A stretch of 64,000 nt of DNA from Vicugna vicugna (taxonomy: Eukaryota), in the NCBI GenBank assembly GCA_013265495.1, contig MU058337.1, positions 684,001-748,000 on the forward strand, written 5' to 3'. Positions 1 through 13,671 of the stretch are shown one piece after another. Made by a program: the position numbers and the translations under genes. Each line of letters begins with the position of its first letter. The first letter of the stretch is position 1. Under the pieces are notes generated by a model that saw nothing but the letters and a program-made list of their open reading frames with translations, ran no database searches and had not been told where the DNA came from.

Positions 1-1519
1 AATTGTTAGGTGACATAAATAATGAAACAAAAACAAGTCTTTTTTTATTCATTTTAAATAAGCCATCATCGATATTAAGACTTATTTTCCCTTTGGCTCA
101 CATTTAAAATTGGAGGGAAAAAAATCTTTCAATAATTTGTTTTTTTTTCCAATAATGTGAAGTAAAACTTTATTAGGTGAGAGGCTCCTAGAACATGATT
201 TTGTGAATTAATGATAGTGACATTTTCAGGGCTTTTCAATGTTTAATTGTGTGTGTGAGGATCATATATATACATATATATGCATAACTCAAAATATATT
301 CTGTAGTAACTAAATTTAAAGTTTCATAGTTAAATGCAGTTAGATTGTTGGGTACCTGTTTATTAGCTGAAACTGCATTTATTGAGCAATTAACAGGTAG
401 AGGAAGGTGGAAGAAGAATTGAGACCAAGATAATGCTATAGAAGTCTGACAATCTTAAGTACATTCGCTTATCTATTTAAAATGGTTTAATAGTTTCTCT
501 TATCCTCTGGCTCTTTGCATACTTTTCTTTATATAGTCTCAGTGTTTTCAGAAGCATTTAAAGCAATTAAAAAAACACAAATAACCTGACAAGATGAGAT
601 AAAATAGAAATAAATATGAAAAATAGTGTAGGAGAGCAAAATATTGCCTCCACTAACAGTAAGATATTTGACTGTAGGTTACACTTAGAACTTAGAGCTG
701 AGACAGGGGAGGGACAATATGTCTTCTGAAGGCTCAGAATGCCATGAGTGACTTCATACTTGTGGGAGATGATTCACAAGCTTGCCTCTAAGTTTTATTG
801 CAGATAAAGCTGATACAGAGACCTGTCAGTTACAATATTTACAGTGCCCGTATTGTAAAAATAAAACTCCTGCTCAAGAAAAAAAACTGTTCTGATACTA
901 ACAGTGTATGTCTCCTTTAGAAATACCCTCCACAGTCGTGGAGTGAGGACAGTGATAACTCCTGCTGGCTTCTTGTTTTGATACTTCTTTTTTTGGTGGG
1001 GCAGAATATTAGTACTAAGTGTGGGTGAGGGGAAGTATAGACGTGTCTTCTACACAATCAGATTTGCATAACTAGTCAAATTTCTTCTTTACAGATATCG
1101 GGGAATTCAGAGCTAAATGTATTACCTCATCCCAGCAGCCATAGTATGTCTGGTTCCAGGCACCACATTCGCCTTCGGAAGTCTTGACGCCTCTTGGCAT
1201 CTTCTGCTTCACTTGCCCCTGTTGTTACGCTTTGTTCTGAGCTGTCTGTGTGGTCAGCTGTTGAAACTGAAGTGCCAGTGCAGGGTGTGAGGATGGGGGC
1301 AAAGTTACTGGGCAGGTGGACCTCAAATTCAGGGTGCCCTTGGGAGACTGCAATAGTGCTTACAGAAAAAGGGGGAAAAAATCTCGGGGCCAAGTTCAAT
1401 ATGAATGTCTCACTGCACCAAAAGAATAAGGTGCAGAAAATAACAACTCCAACTAATGCATCCAGGGGAACCATTTTCTTGTGCTTATATTTGTAGCAAA
1501 AGTGTATAAATCTAGCCAT

Positions 1520-2300
1520 GATTTAGAAGTGGATGGAGCCAGGGAGAGGAGTTCAGCGAGGAGTGGAAGGAAAGACGGTCGAAGACAGGGGTGGGGAGCG
1601 GTGGGGAATGACGTCAGATCAGATCTTGCAGGGCCTCACAGGGCACTGGCTTTTCCTCTGCATGAAGTGGGAAGCGTCAGAGGGTTTTGCCCTGACTTGA
1701 ACCGGCTCCTCTGTGGAAAGTAGACCTCAGGGAGGAGAGTGCAAGAAGGGATCAGCTGGAGGCCAGTGTGCTGACCCCGGTGGGACACGAGGGGCTCGGA
1801 TGAGATGGGGCAGGGAGTGGGGAGTGGCTGGGTGGGGAGTATAATTAGAAAGTAGAACCAGTGAAACAGATCTGTGGGCAGGTGGGATGTGCGTGAAAGA
1901 AGGAGGAGATGGAGGACCATCGTGGAAAGTGGACGAGCGCAGTCCGGTGCCCGCAGTGAAGAAGACTTCACGGGTCAGGACTCAGCCACGGACGTGCGTT
2001 TCTGAGACCACTGTGGGACGGGAAGTAGACAGTGGCACACATGGGCTTGGGCTTTGGGGGGCAGAGATGCCTACTTGGGAGCCATCAGATACAGAGGACA
2101 TTAAAGCCACGACATTAGAAGTGAGTGTAGATAAAGAAGAGGTCCAGGATGGAGCCCTGGGCCATGACAGCACCAAGCAGTGGGGAGTCGAGGGGACGCC
2201 AGAAGTGGAGGATGAGTGGGAGCCGGACAGCGTACGTCCAGGAAGCCAGATGCAAAAGGGTTTAAGGGAAGGTGGGCTCAGGCAAGCGCCAGCGAGGTAA
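1520..2300 (-). mobile_element. Degenerate L2 LINE fragment
   Basis: Purine-rich + strand resembles the antisense of the L2 3' region (e.g. 'gggaagcgtcagagggtttt', 'ttgggagccatcagatacagagg', 'gatggagccctggg'). Boundaries approximate. Confidence 0.7.
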
Positions 2301-2510
2301 CTGAAAATTTATGAAATTTGCCAATGAGGAGGGAGAAACAGATTATAATGTACTTGCTGAGGTAGTGATACTGAGAATTTAGCAGGTGTAACTGTAGTTA
2401 AACTGTGGTATGATGTATTAATTTTCACATTAAAAAGGAGTATTATCTTGATAGTAAGTTTTCTTTGGAATTTTCTGCTTTGAAGTTTATTGAGAAGTAA
2501 CTAGGTTCTC

Positions 2511-2785
2511 CAAACTGGTGGTTGCCAGAGGGAAAGGGTGTGGGGGATTGGTCAAAATAGGCAAGGAGGATTAGAAGGTACTAACCTCCAGTTATGAAAT
2601 ACATAAGTAAGTCACAAAGAGGTACAGCATAAGGATTAGAGTGTAATAACTCTGTATGGCGCCAGATGGTTCCTAGACTAATGGTGGTGATCATTTCATC
2701 ATGTATTTAAATGTTGAATCACTATACTGTACACCTGAGACTAGCATAATATTGTAAGTCAACTATACTTCAATTGAAAAAAAAA
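2511..2785 (+). mobile_element. 5'-truncated L1 3' end (L1MA-like, laurasiatherian type)
   Basis: Runs from 'aaactggtggttgccagaggg' to 'gaatcactatactgtacacctgagactagcataatattgtaagtcaactatacttcaatt' plus an A tail. Imperfect TSD aactaggttctc (2499-2510) / aatgggttctc (2784-2794). Confidence 0.85.
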
Positions 2786-5319
2786 TGGGTTCTCAGTTGC
2801 TGAAAATAGCTTACTTGGGTGATTTCCCGCAGTGGTAGTATTCACGTACTTTCTGAAGGTCTTTTTTAGCTGTAGGATAAAACAATTTGATTTCATTGGT
2901 TTTCTATTCAGGGCGGTTACTTTTGGGCATAGAAAAGAAAATTTGTTCCCTAAGGAACTGATGAATGGATGTTATGTGCTAAGTTACGAAAAGAATCTCT
3001 AGAATGTGTCACCTCCAAACACAGTGGAACATTCTCTTTCAAGTATAAAGTAACAGTACATTTTAGTGTAAAGCCTTATTACTATGAGACTATGAGATGA
3101 TACCCATATAGCAAGAGCATAATTTGTTTTTCAGTGAAAGGTAATCATTCAAGTTGATTATTTAGTTTCAAAATAAGTGGGAGGGGAATATATATTTTGT
3201 TAATTTAGATTAATTAATTCATTTAAGCTTGCATAGTTAGACATGTTAAAGGGAATAATGTACAAAAATCAAAAAATTAAAAATTAAATTTGAATTCTGA
3301 ATTAGTTTTAAATGACTAATTTAAGGTCATTTTAATTTTCAAAACCTTTAAAATATACTTCTCCTGAAAAGCCATAGTCTTAATTTAGCTGAGCTAAATC
3401 TGCTTTCAGTTTTATACTTGGTCACTAAGCCCCTGAAAAATGAGAGTGTCTTTTTACAACTAAGAATAGTGTTTATTATCATTTAATTAGAGTATGTTCA
3501 GAAATGCAGATTCCCTTTTCATTTCTTAAATACAGAATCTTACATCATAACATTTTACATAATAATTTATTGTTAATTTGCTAATTAAAACTTTTAGAAT
3601 CTTTAAAATCATAGAACATAGTGAAAAGGAAAATTAAGTGACATGAATGCTATTTTCAAATTATTTTTAATGGGCATGGTGCTTGAGAACTGCATGAAAC
3701 ACATTTGTGGGAAATCATATTATGATGGCTAAAAACAAACCCAATTTTAAAAAACAGATTGTCCCCATATGTCTCCTATGGTATTTTTTTTTACATAATT
3801 GCTATCAGAGTTAATTTTCCCTATTTAAGGAAAAATCTTTAATAGTCTCAATAATATTAAAAGTCTACTAAATAAAATGTGGAGGTTTAGTAGATGACAT
3901 ACTTCATTCTGTCTAGGGACGTCTCGGGAAATAAGTTTCACTGCGAGCTGGTTGAATCTGGGGCCCAGGATTCTGCTTGGATGTTTCCTGGTAAAACCTG
4001 TGACCATGGTTACCGCCAGCTGGTTCACCACCAGCCCTGGCCAGGCTGTACGGACCAGCCCATGGGACCTAGAGCAAGTGAGGAGACTGGTTGCCAGTGT
4101 GGGAGAGGAGAGAGAGCATCAGTCAGAAGGCTGCTGTGCCCAAACACTGGGAGAAAGTGTTCCGTTTTAAAGGAATGAGAAAAGCTTTCGTTCTGTAACC
4201 CCACACCATCCCTTTTTCGCCTAATGGAGATTCTTAAATTTAGCTCTTCTTGGAAAGAAAGAAATGCTATTAATTTCATACAATTTTTCAAAAGATTGTA
4301 GCTAGAGAAATAATTCACAAAATCATAAAATTATAGTCTAGGTTGAAGGACTGAGAAAATTTAAGAAATCTAAATAGACTTCCCTTTTGTATTTTCTTCG
4401 TCCTCTTTAAGGCTGTAACAGGTTTGAGTATCAGGCTTAAAATACATATAAAATTAATGTTGTAGAGCATGTTCATTCCTTGACATTTATGATTAGCTGG
4501 GCATAATCACGTCACTGCGAACCGGGCTGGGGAGCCCATACTTTTCCCAGTGTTGATGGAGGGCGGAATGTCATCTCAAACTGTGAGATGGGAGGTAATT
4601 CAGTTTTCACAGAACATTCATGGAATGCTAATTGAATTAATCCTTGGGTTATGTGGCATGTCTTGTTTAAGGTATTATACGCCTGGTACTTTTATTTGTC
4701 TGGATGCTTCTCCATCATACATTTTGTGTTTAGTTATCTGTGGTCCTAGTTCAACTGGTCACTTGCAAAAGACGTGACTGCACTTTGGTTGTCAGGCATC
4801 ATATGGGTCACTCTTTACTTCCCTGAATATGTCATGAACAGCAGATGCAAAGGTAAAAGCAAATTATAAAACTGCTTTCCCAAGCTAACAAAAAGTGCAC
4901 ACTTTATAGATTAAATGTAAAGTATCCGATGGAGCCTGATTGACTATACTTGCTTGTACCCGTTGCTAATAATGAATAAGATTTTACTACATGCTGGTAA
5001 GATTTGGAGGCAAGAGGGCGTAGGGTAGGACTGGAGGTGCATGAGAATCCCTAGAAATCAAATCCACACAGAGGTGCTCAATAAATGCCTTCTGGTTAGG
5101 AATGCAAAGTTTCCTTTAATGTTCTTATAATTTAGAAGCTCATGATCTGAACGAGTTTCGTTTGAGAGGTGCTCCAGTCACCCTCCTGACAAAATTGGGC
5201 TAGTTCTGAATGTCTCCACTAAGATGTCAACTAAATGCCATAGGAGAGAAGAGGAGGAGAGGGTTTCCTGGAATATGTTAACTGCTGATGGTTTGAGGGG
5301 CAAAGATCTTCCCTTTAGG

Positions 5320-6060
5320 CATTCATTCATTTGACTGTTTTTTCTTTCAATGCCAACAACGGAGGACACCCCACTGGGTACCAAAGACATGAAGATAAAA
5401 GAGGCTCTCTACTAACAAGGCACCAGCGAGCCCGTGGGGAGAAAAGACAAATACAATAGATTACGTGCAGATTGCAGGCTAGAGGTCTAAGTGGGATGGT
5501 GTGCAGCACAGAGAAGTGGCTCCTGATTCACCTCGGGAGGTGCGGTGCGCTTCTCGGGGGAAGTGACATTTCAGTGGATTCTTAAACGGTGAGTGGAAGT
5601 TAATTAGAAAGAAAAATGTGTGTGTGTGTGTGTGTGCGCGCGTGCACGCAAACGATATGTGTGGTGAGTTTTGGCTGGTTGAGAAGGATGTCGCATGTAC
5701 AACACTTAACATGAAAGGGTACATAGAAATGGAAAACAACGGTGCACGTGAGTAGCTGCGGAGAGTTCAGTTTGCACAGACGGGGGCGCTGTGGAGCATG
5801 CGGGCAGGACCAGCTGGAGGTGCAGCCCAGTTTTATATAAGGGCCTCCTCACGTCTCATGCTGGAGTAATAGGGACCCGCTGAATAAGCAGTTTGGGGAG
5901 GGAATGCCAGTCACATTTGTGGTACAGGAATATCATTGTAGTGGTATTAAGTGAGAGGAACCAGAACTGAGGAATCGAGGAGCGATTCATGGTGGCAGAG
6001 GGGGTGGTTTTAATAACACAAGTGAGAAATGATAAACGTGGAAAAGGGGAAGAAGGCATC
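5320..6060 (-). mobile_element. Degenerate L2 3' fragment
   Basis: Begins with 'cattcattcatt' (antisense of the L2 (TGAA)n tail), followed by purine-rich antisense L2-like sequence. Confidence 0.6.
5617..5650. repeat. (TG)n/(CG)n alternating purine-pyrimidine tract
   Basis: tgtgtgtgtgtgtgtgtgtgcgcgcgtgcacgca read directly. Confidence 0.95.
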
Positions 6061-6299
6061 CTCGAGGCTGAAGGTCTGGTGTAGCTGGAGCAAGGGGTCT
6101 GAGCCTAGAAAAACCCAAGGCTGTGGGCACGGTGAGAATCTGAAGTTTGATTTTTCATATCAAGTGATGACAAGAAGCAGGGTTTGAAAATGGTGCTGGG
6201 TGTTGGCAAAGGCGTCGTGATCGAGGTGAAGGGGCCAGTCCACTTTGTTTAGGGAATTTATACCTAAATTCAATAAATTCAATATTCCACACACAGTAC

Positions 6300-6870
6300 A
6301 GTTTGAGGAACAGAATTTTGATAAATGATATGAAATGACCTGAAAAGTGTAGATCCTATGAAGGAAGGTGACAGAAGACCACGCAGATTAAAAAGCAAAG
6401 AGAGGAAGAATATAACCAAGTGGTCACGAGGCACGAATGGTGGACAGAAAAGGCCCTCACATAAGCTAATGAAAGATGCTCCAGAAAGAAGAGAGACCTG
6501 GCAGGAGTCAGAACAAAGACAGATGAGACCTGTGCAGAAGTAATGAAATCCACCATCCTCAGTCAGGAGGCTTACCCAGTCCCCACAGAGACAGATAAAA
6601 ACATGTCCACACCTGGAGACATAATAAAACTGAAAAACAAAAAGAAGGGTCTTAAAAGTAACTTACAATGTCCAACTAACTAATTCTCATCTTAAAGCAT
6701 CAGTGAGAACCAGGAGACAGTGAGCTCAGGAAAAGTAACTAACGTCTGAAACTTGTAAACCCAATCAAATTCTGTTTCAAGAAGGAGGTCACAATCGTGA
6801 TGTTTTCTGCCAAACAATACCAGAGAAGTTACTGTCCCAGTCCTCTCTAAGGGAACAAAATTCTAAGACA
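6300..6870 (+). mobile_element. Old L1/HAL1 ORF1-region remnant
   Basis: Motifs 'ccacacctggagacataat', 'gggtcttaaaag', 'ttgtaaacccaatcaaattctgtttcaag' and 'ttttctgccaaacaa' resemble the L1 ORF1 3' half. No intact frame. Confidence 0.55.
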
Positions 6871-9449
6871 CAACTTCATGCAGGTGTGAAGGGCCAGACA
6901 GCTGAGTCCACCAGGACATCAGTCAACAGGTGGGGACTCAGTAGAGTCATGCCTGGTGTTGACATTTCTGGTATGGGCGTCTGATGAGGTTGAAGTATGT
7001 ACTTTAGAAAAATAAAATGAGTAGGTATCTTCAGATGGAGTCAGAATAGGTAATGGTTCTTGGGTAAAGCACACACTTCCGAGTGTTCAGTCACAGTCAC
7101 CGGGTAGCAATGGAAGGACACACAATCACAAAGACTCATAAAAACTATGTACCTACAACAGTAATATCACAGCCTGTGAAATGTGTTGTCTCTACAGCTC
7201 TCATGGCAGGCTATCTTCTCACCGAGATCATTGATCTGTCCCTTTGTCTCTTTGATGCACACACATGTGTGTACACACACAGACCAGACACATCCACACT
7301 GCACACACACTCACACATAACACTAGGAGAAAAGAAAGTCAACCAAGTTACCTTCTAAAGAGCTGCTGTGTGGTGCTTGCTGGTGGTCATGATACCAGGT
7401 AACGGAAAGGAGTGATTGCTCTGATTCGGGAGCATATTTACAGTACTTGTAGAATTTCACTATTTATATCCACACAGAAGAATTGGATACATTTTTCTAG
7501 AGCCCAGGGCAAAGTTTGAAACTGAAGATGTAAATTTATGAAGATATTTTACCTAATTAACAATAAAAAACACAAACAATATGGTGGGAGAAAGTATATT
7601 GAGATGGTTAGATTACTCTGCTTTGTCAGCATGACACAGTGAACTAGCAATGAAAGGAACCACCTGCAGAGGTACTTTTTAGGGGAGAGAAAACTTTGGT
7701 TACAGAAAATTCATGAAGAGATTTGAAAAATATTAGTTGTGTGTATGAGGTGCACAGCTCAGAAACATTTCACCAAATCTGAGTGTTAATGCTGTGTAGA
7801 CTCACAATCCGAAAGGCTGTTCACCTTTTCATTTGTGTTTGTAGCCAGCTTGTAGACACATTTAACAACACCCAGCGAGAGAGCCTCTGTCTCACAGGGT
7901 TTGCCAAATGCAGGGAAAGAAATAAGCCCCATGTCTGGAGTGTGAGCCTGTTCTAAGAAAAGCCGCGCAACCCTCCCAGTGCCAGGCTTATTCTGTGCGT
8001 GTCCTGCCAGTATCTGCAGAGAGAGATGCTGTTTAGTCTTCAGACTAATGTTATATGTTTAGTTTCATTTTCACTCTGAGCTCAGGAGGGATAATAATGC
8101 TTCCTTTGCTTTTGCACATGAAGGAAGAGAGTTTTGAAGACCTTGCTGGCATATTCTTACTTCCTCCCCTTTGTTACATAGGAATTTTCCACCTTCATCT
8201 GGGAATCCCAGAGCACCTCCTCCTTGTCCAGAGAACTGCCCTGTGTCATCCCTGCAAGTTGTCAGCCGTGGTTTTCTTTCCCTTTGCACACTGTGGAGTA
8301 CATGTGCCCAGGGTCTAGGTCGAGACGCAGGACGCCCCTCAGGGGGATTACCTTGTTTTCCCTGCTGTCCTGACCTAAGGCTGCCCTCCTCTCCCGCCGC
8401 GGACAGGTGACTGCCCTAGGCAGCGGCTGTCTGCAGACCCATCAGCACCAGGGACAGTGCCCGGTACCCGGACAGGGAAAGAGACGCTGTCACTTTCAGG
8501 TGTGGCAGCGCGGGGAAGGGGCTCACCGTGTCTAAAATGGGCACTCATATTTTCACGTGCTTTCATGTTTAGTGTGTATTTACAATTTCCCCCCTTCAGT
8601 GTGTGCATCCCCTTGTGTGCATGTGTGTGAAGAGTTGGTAGTAAGAGGCAGGTGAGTTTGGCCTTGGAAAAACCTCCAGAATTGTTTCCAGCTGGGCAAT
8701 TGTGGCGATCTCTAGGAGCCTAGATTGTGCTGGCCATCTGTCCAGCATTCCTGCTCCTGTCTGTACTGTTGATGGAAATAGAGAGCATGTATTCTACTTG
8801 GAGTGCAGTTGGCCTGTCTACATGAAGTGCTCAAAATGCATTGAAAGTAAAAAATGCAGTTAATGACTGTAGTTGACAGATTCCAGCATCTCTAGACCTT
8901 AATTTGTAGTTAAAAAAAAAAGAAAGAGAAAATTGCTTTTTGCTAAGAACAATGGCTTGATTATGTTTATTAGAGTTAGATGGCTAAGGACTAAAATAAA
9001 TGATACCCAAAGTGAAAATAGGTAGAGAGTTAGTAGGTAATTCCTCCCATCACTTAATTCACTTAATTTTCTCTTTCAACAGGCATTTAGCTTTGAGTGA
9101 AGTGACTCCCCAGTTGGGTGATGCCCAATCTCCTTCTCCCCACAAAACATTTATGGAAAGAGAGGGTGTATTAGTTAGTTATTAAGCTGACATTAAAATA
9201 ATTCAACTCAATATGCAAAATTTATACATTTAATTGAAATGTGGTCAGATATAACAGATTATTTTTCTTGAAATGCCATGTTCTTACAAATGCTTAAAAC
9301 TGTCTGTGTTCATTTACAGTACTCAATTTTAATCTCACAAATGAAATTTGTTCCTTAAACTCACGATGAATTTTTTGTTTTGCAAATCCAAACCCATTTT
9401 TTGCAAAATCTCTAATTTATTTGTTTCCCTGTATATCTGATTTATGTTA

Positions 9450-9640
9450 TCCATTCATGCATCCTTCCAACAAATACATTTTGAGGACTGATTGTCTGCA
9501 GTTGACGTTCTAGGGGTTGGGGCACAACAGGGAGCAAGTGGATACAGTTTTCCTCTCACCAGTGGTTAGTCTACAGGCAAAGTAAGTCATTAAATAAGCA
9601 ATAATATAAAGAATCATGTGTTATGGTAGAAGAAACCCCA
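9450..9640 (-). mobile_element. L2 3' terminal fragment
   Basis: 'ccattcatgcatccttccaacaaatacattttgagg...gttctaggggttggggcaca' resembles the antisense L2 3' end. Confidence 0.55.
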
Positions 9641-12600
9641 GCATTGTTGAGTGTATACTCTTGCTCTATGCTGGTGGCACATGTTTGCACATCTGTATCT
9701 TTAATTTGATCTCATGTGGAAAAATTTTAAGTTGCATAATACAGACAATAGATGGTACATTAGGAGATCCAAAAAGAAAGAAATTTGAGGTGTTTAATTT
9801 CTGTTAGCAAAGGTGTTTTTTGACATCTATTTAAATTTTAATATTTCTTTTGTAGCAGAGTATATATTATATAGAACACACTGTAATCATAAATTCATCA
9901 ATATTATTATTTATATGTAGCAATCCTTGTTCCTTTTAACATGTATTTACTAACTCCAAGATCTCTGTGTCTCCAAATATTACATTGCCACTAGCATCCT
10001 TCTCATGTTTGTGGTAAAAGTGGAAATGAAAATAGAAATCGTTAGGGTTGCTATATATATGCAATAATTTTGCAATTTAAATAAATTTAACTGGCGTAAT
10101 CCAAGAGATACTGTGCAAATGAAATGCTATTTTGGAGCAACATTGGTCCTCTGAGGAGATATTCAAATTGCACAGTATATCAAAGCAAGCTTCACTTATT
10201 TGAAAGACTCATGCAAAGCTATCTGTACTTTTCTATTTATTTCAAAAAAATGGTTGACATTAAGACATTCTGATGGAAGAATTGAATAAAATAAGTGAAA
10301 TAAGAACATACTGTACTTAATAGTTTAGGGATTTTTAATCTTGACATTATTAAGTACTTATATGTTTAATTTAGTGCCATAATTTCTGAAAATTACATTA
10401 GAATCATAGTCAACACCTTATTTTTCTTTTTGACGTTAACAAAATTAGCCTTGACCAAACCGTGGTATTTTAACCACACTAAAAGTTATCTATTTGATTT
10501 TCACCAGTCTTCTTTGTTCTTATTTCCACTATCTTACTCCCTTTGGCAGCATTTCTTTTGACAACGTTTGAGGTTCGAGATTGCCTTTCAGTAGTTTGAG
10601 CACCGCACCTTTGTGTTGAGACATTTATAGAGATGAATACTGCACTTATCTTCTCTGCCTGTACCTTTCTTTGGCTACTCTCATCCCCACCACATACCAG
10701 ACTCCCACACACATACACGCGGTACCTACAGAATAAATGAACGCCTAGCTCATGCCAAGAGGGCTTTAAATATATGCAGTTTTCCATACACTAAAAAAGT
10801 ACTTATTTTATCCAGCAGTCTGGTTTTCAGAGCTACAGCAACTGAAAATTAGGAAGGCAAAAATTACCGAAAGTAGATGGTGTTAGAATTGAACTCAGAG
10901 AGGTATTGACTGATTGACTGATTTTATCCAGCACCACCAGGAGCCTAGACATATTTTATAATGTCTTACACTGGCTCCAGGGAAAAGGAAATCACAAGGT
11001 GAAACTCATAAAAACATTTTTAAAATGCATGATAAATTATTCTGTTTTTTTCCTAACTTCTTATAGTTCATGTGATTGGTTGGCTGTTGAAAATGATCAG
11101 ATTGGTGGGAAGTATTAGACTATTAGATGGTGATGATGAAATCAAAGCCAGTAAAGTCTACATTTACAACTCAAGTAGATCCAAATTATTTTATATCAAT
11201 CTATTTCTCCCAAATAATCCTTGTATTATTATTAAGGATAAGCAAAATTTTCTGATGCCTTTTTTTCAAGGAAAGACTCTTGTTTTAAAGAAATTGAATT
11301 TCATCCAGCATATTTGTGTCTAGAAATTACACAAAATAAGCTTTAACAATATGGAAAAATTATAGTACGAGAATTTAGGTATGGAGAAAAAATGTTATGG
11401 AGGGATTTACACCAGCATAAGAAACTGAGTTTTAGGAATTTCCTAGCAAGACTTAAGGTTTTTTTTTTTTTTTTAAAGTCAATGTGTACTTTTTATTGGG
11501 TTTTCTAGAATAAAGTTAGAGTTACCAAACTTGACTACTACATTTTAATGTTCCTTTTCTCACCACAAGATAATCTTAGTTGAAAAAATGTTTTTTTTTT
11601 TAATTCTTTAAACAGTAGCAATGCTATTCAAGACTCAGATAGGAACACAGGACCATAAGCATGCGTTAAGAATTCTTTACCCACTCCAATTTTTTAGTTT
11701 TTTTAGTTTCTACAGCAAAAAAGAAAGAGATGCAATATAGTGATTCTAGTGAATAATCTCACGGAGGCCCACCATAGAGGTGAAGTTGATATTCTCAAAG
11801 CTAGAAATGCTACTAGAAATAAACCAAGAAAACTTTACCAGTTTTTTTTTTCTGCTCTTGTTTCAGCAAAGTTCCCATCACCAAGAAATGTTTTTTTAAC
11901 TGAAATTTTATTTCCTGAAAAGTAGGGAGGATATAGTTCTTTCCAATCAGGAATTCTTAGAGAATAAAGTTTGCTTTAGCCCTCATTTATCTCTGATGAA
12001 AAATAGTTGTCAAAAGTCATGTAGAAAAAAAAAAAGCAAACTCAGTGGATGTAGAGCAATCTGTGGATAAATTCAGGATGTAATGATCTGAGTCATCCAA
12101 TGGTACATTGCTTCTAATCATTGGGGTCTTCCATGCTAGGAAGAGGGAGTAATCAATAAAGTGAGTCCTAGGATAAAGTCTTTTATTGACAATGTAAGGA
12201 TGATAAATTTATCAAGGTAGGGACAGGCAGGAAAATGAAAGTGGGATAATACTTCTGGAATGTTCCAAGGGGTATAGCCTCAAAGTTCCAACACTTAAAA
12301 AAATGGTCAAAAGAAAAACTGTCTTTGTAAATGTTATGTTCCCTGTCCACACATACGCTTTCTGGGGAGAGCTTAAAAATCCTACGTGCATTAATCTGAT
12401 GATAGGAAAATAATGGCCATAGTTGTTTGTATTTGATACTTTGTTTCTTATTTGTTTTTGTAATTTTCACTCTTATTTGCAGGATGGCATTAGTTTGCAA
12501 AATAATTTGAACCCAAGAAAGAGCTTGTTTTCACTAGACTTCCCGAACTGAAGATGAAATAAATCAAAAGTAATAGTGTTCTGCATCATAACTCAGATTT

Positions 12601-13652
12601 TTTTCCAACAAAACGTAATAAAGCTGTTTATAGAGTCGACCATACCTCTATCTGTAAAGATTTTTTTAAATCACGTTGTATCTTCTTCTTGTTTATGATC
12701 TCACGTTCATTAAAATGGAAAACTTCCAAGTTTAAAATTAGCTTTGATATATTCACAGAGGGCAGACGCCACAGATCTGGCTGAACATCTGGACATCTGG
12801 ATGGAAAGATGCATCTTCCTCGCTCCTATCCTTCATTCTACCCCGAATCTTATTTTGATTAGACTAGATCTCAGTACTTGAGATTTAGTAATCTTCAAGT
12901 GTATACTGTTGAAAACAGCTTGTGGAAGTTCTTTAGGAACCTCCTGTAAGAAGCTGGTGCTTCAGCTGTCTGCACAGACAGTTGGAAGTGCTGGGAGATG
13001 AAGGTGTGGGCGGGACTCGGGTTTCCGCTCTGCAGACGTAAGCAAGCCGCAGTGTCTGCTCCATCTCACAGGTAATTAGTGCACTGTTCCACAGAGCGAG
13101 CCAGTTTTAAATCTGTTTAGTATTTGTATCTATCGACTTTTTAATTGTTACTGCAGGTATAATCTCAACACTTTCATGCGCAGGTTTTGTTTGCTTCAGG
13201 GATTTCCCTCACCGCATACAGAGAAGCAAATCGAGTCTATTAAGACATAAAAATGCTGATGAAAATCTCAGATTCGTTCAAATGCGATAAGACACAGCTA
13301 AGCTGAGTGACTCGTCATTTTGGCTTTGAACAGCTGGAATAGTAAGACGCTTTAAAGCATCCCTGACGTGACCTGTCACTGCTTCCCAGTTGCTCTGTGC
13401 AAATAAAGAGTGGAAGTGGGAGGGCCCGGGACTGACCGTCTAAGCCATAGGAGTGAACTGTGGGACCCCGGGCAGATCCCTGACACTCTCTCTCCATGTA
13501 TAAACTGGGGACAACAGCTCATTTCCCTGTTCTTTCATGAGTTTTTTAGGGTCAAATAAGGTAATGGGTTTATAATTATTTCCATAAGCAGACATTACTA
13601 TTCAAGCGCAGCATCTACCAAGGAGTTGGCTGGTTTGTTGGAAACGAAATTA

Positions 13653-13671
13653 CAACCACTAGGTGGCGCAA
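13653..13671 (+). promoter_or_regulatory. CTCF binding motif
   Basis: caaCCACTAGGTGGCGCaa. The core 13656-13669 matches the CCASYAGRKGGCRS consensus at every position and lies in apparently non-repeat sequence. Confidence 0.7.

Noticed and set aside
1095..1519. Acceptor at 1093-1094 and overlapping 100-130 aa ORFs
   Set aside because: All frames after the acceptor stop within about 30 codons and no peptide was recognised.
10479..10787. 102-aa minus-strand ORF, and an acceptor-like site near 10726 giving GTACMCVGVWYVVGMRVAKERYRQRR* in another frame
   Set aside because: No recognisable protein, the sequence includes GT-repeat-like stretches, and no partner exons were found.
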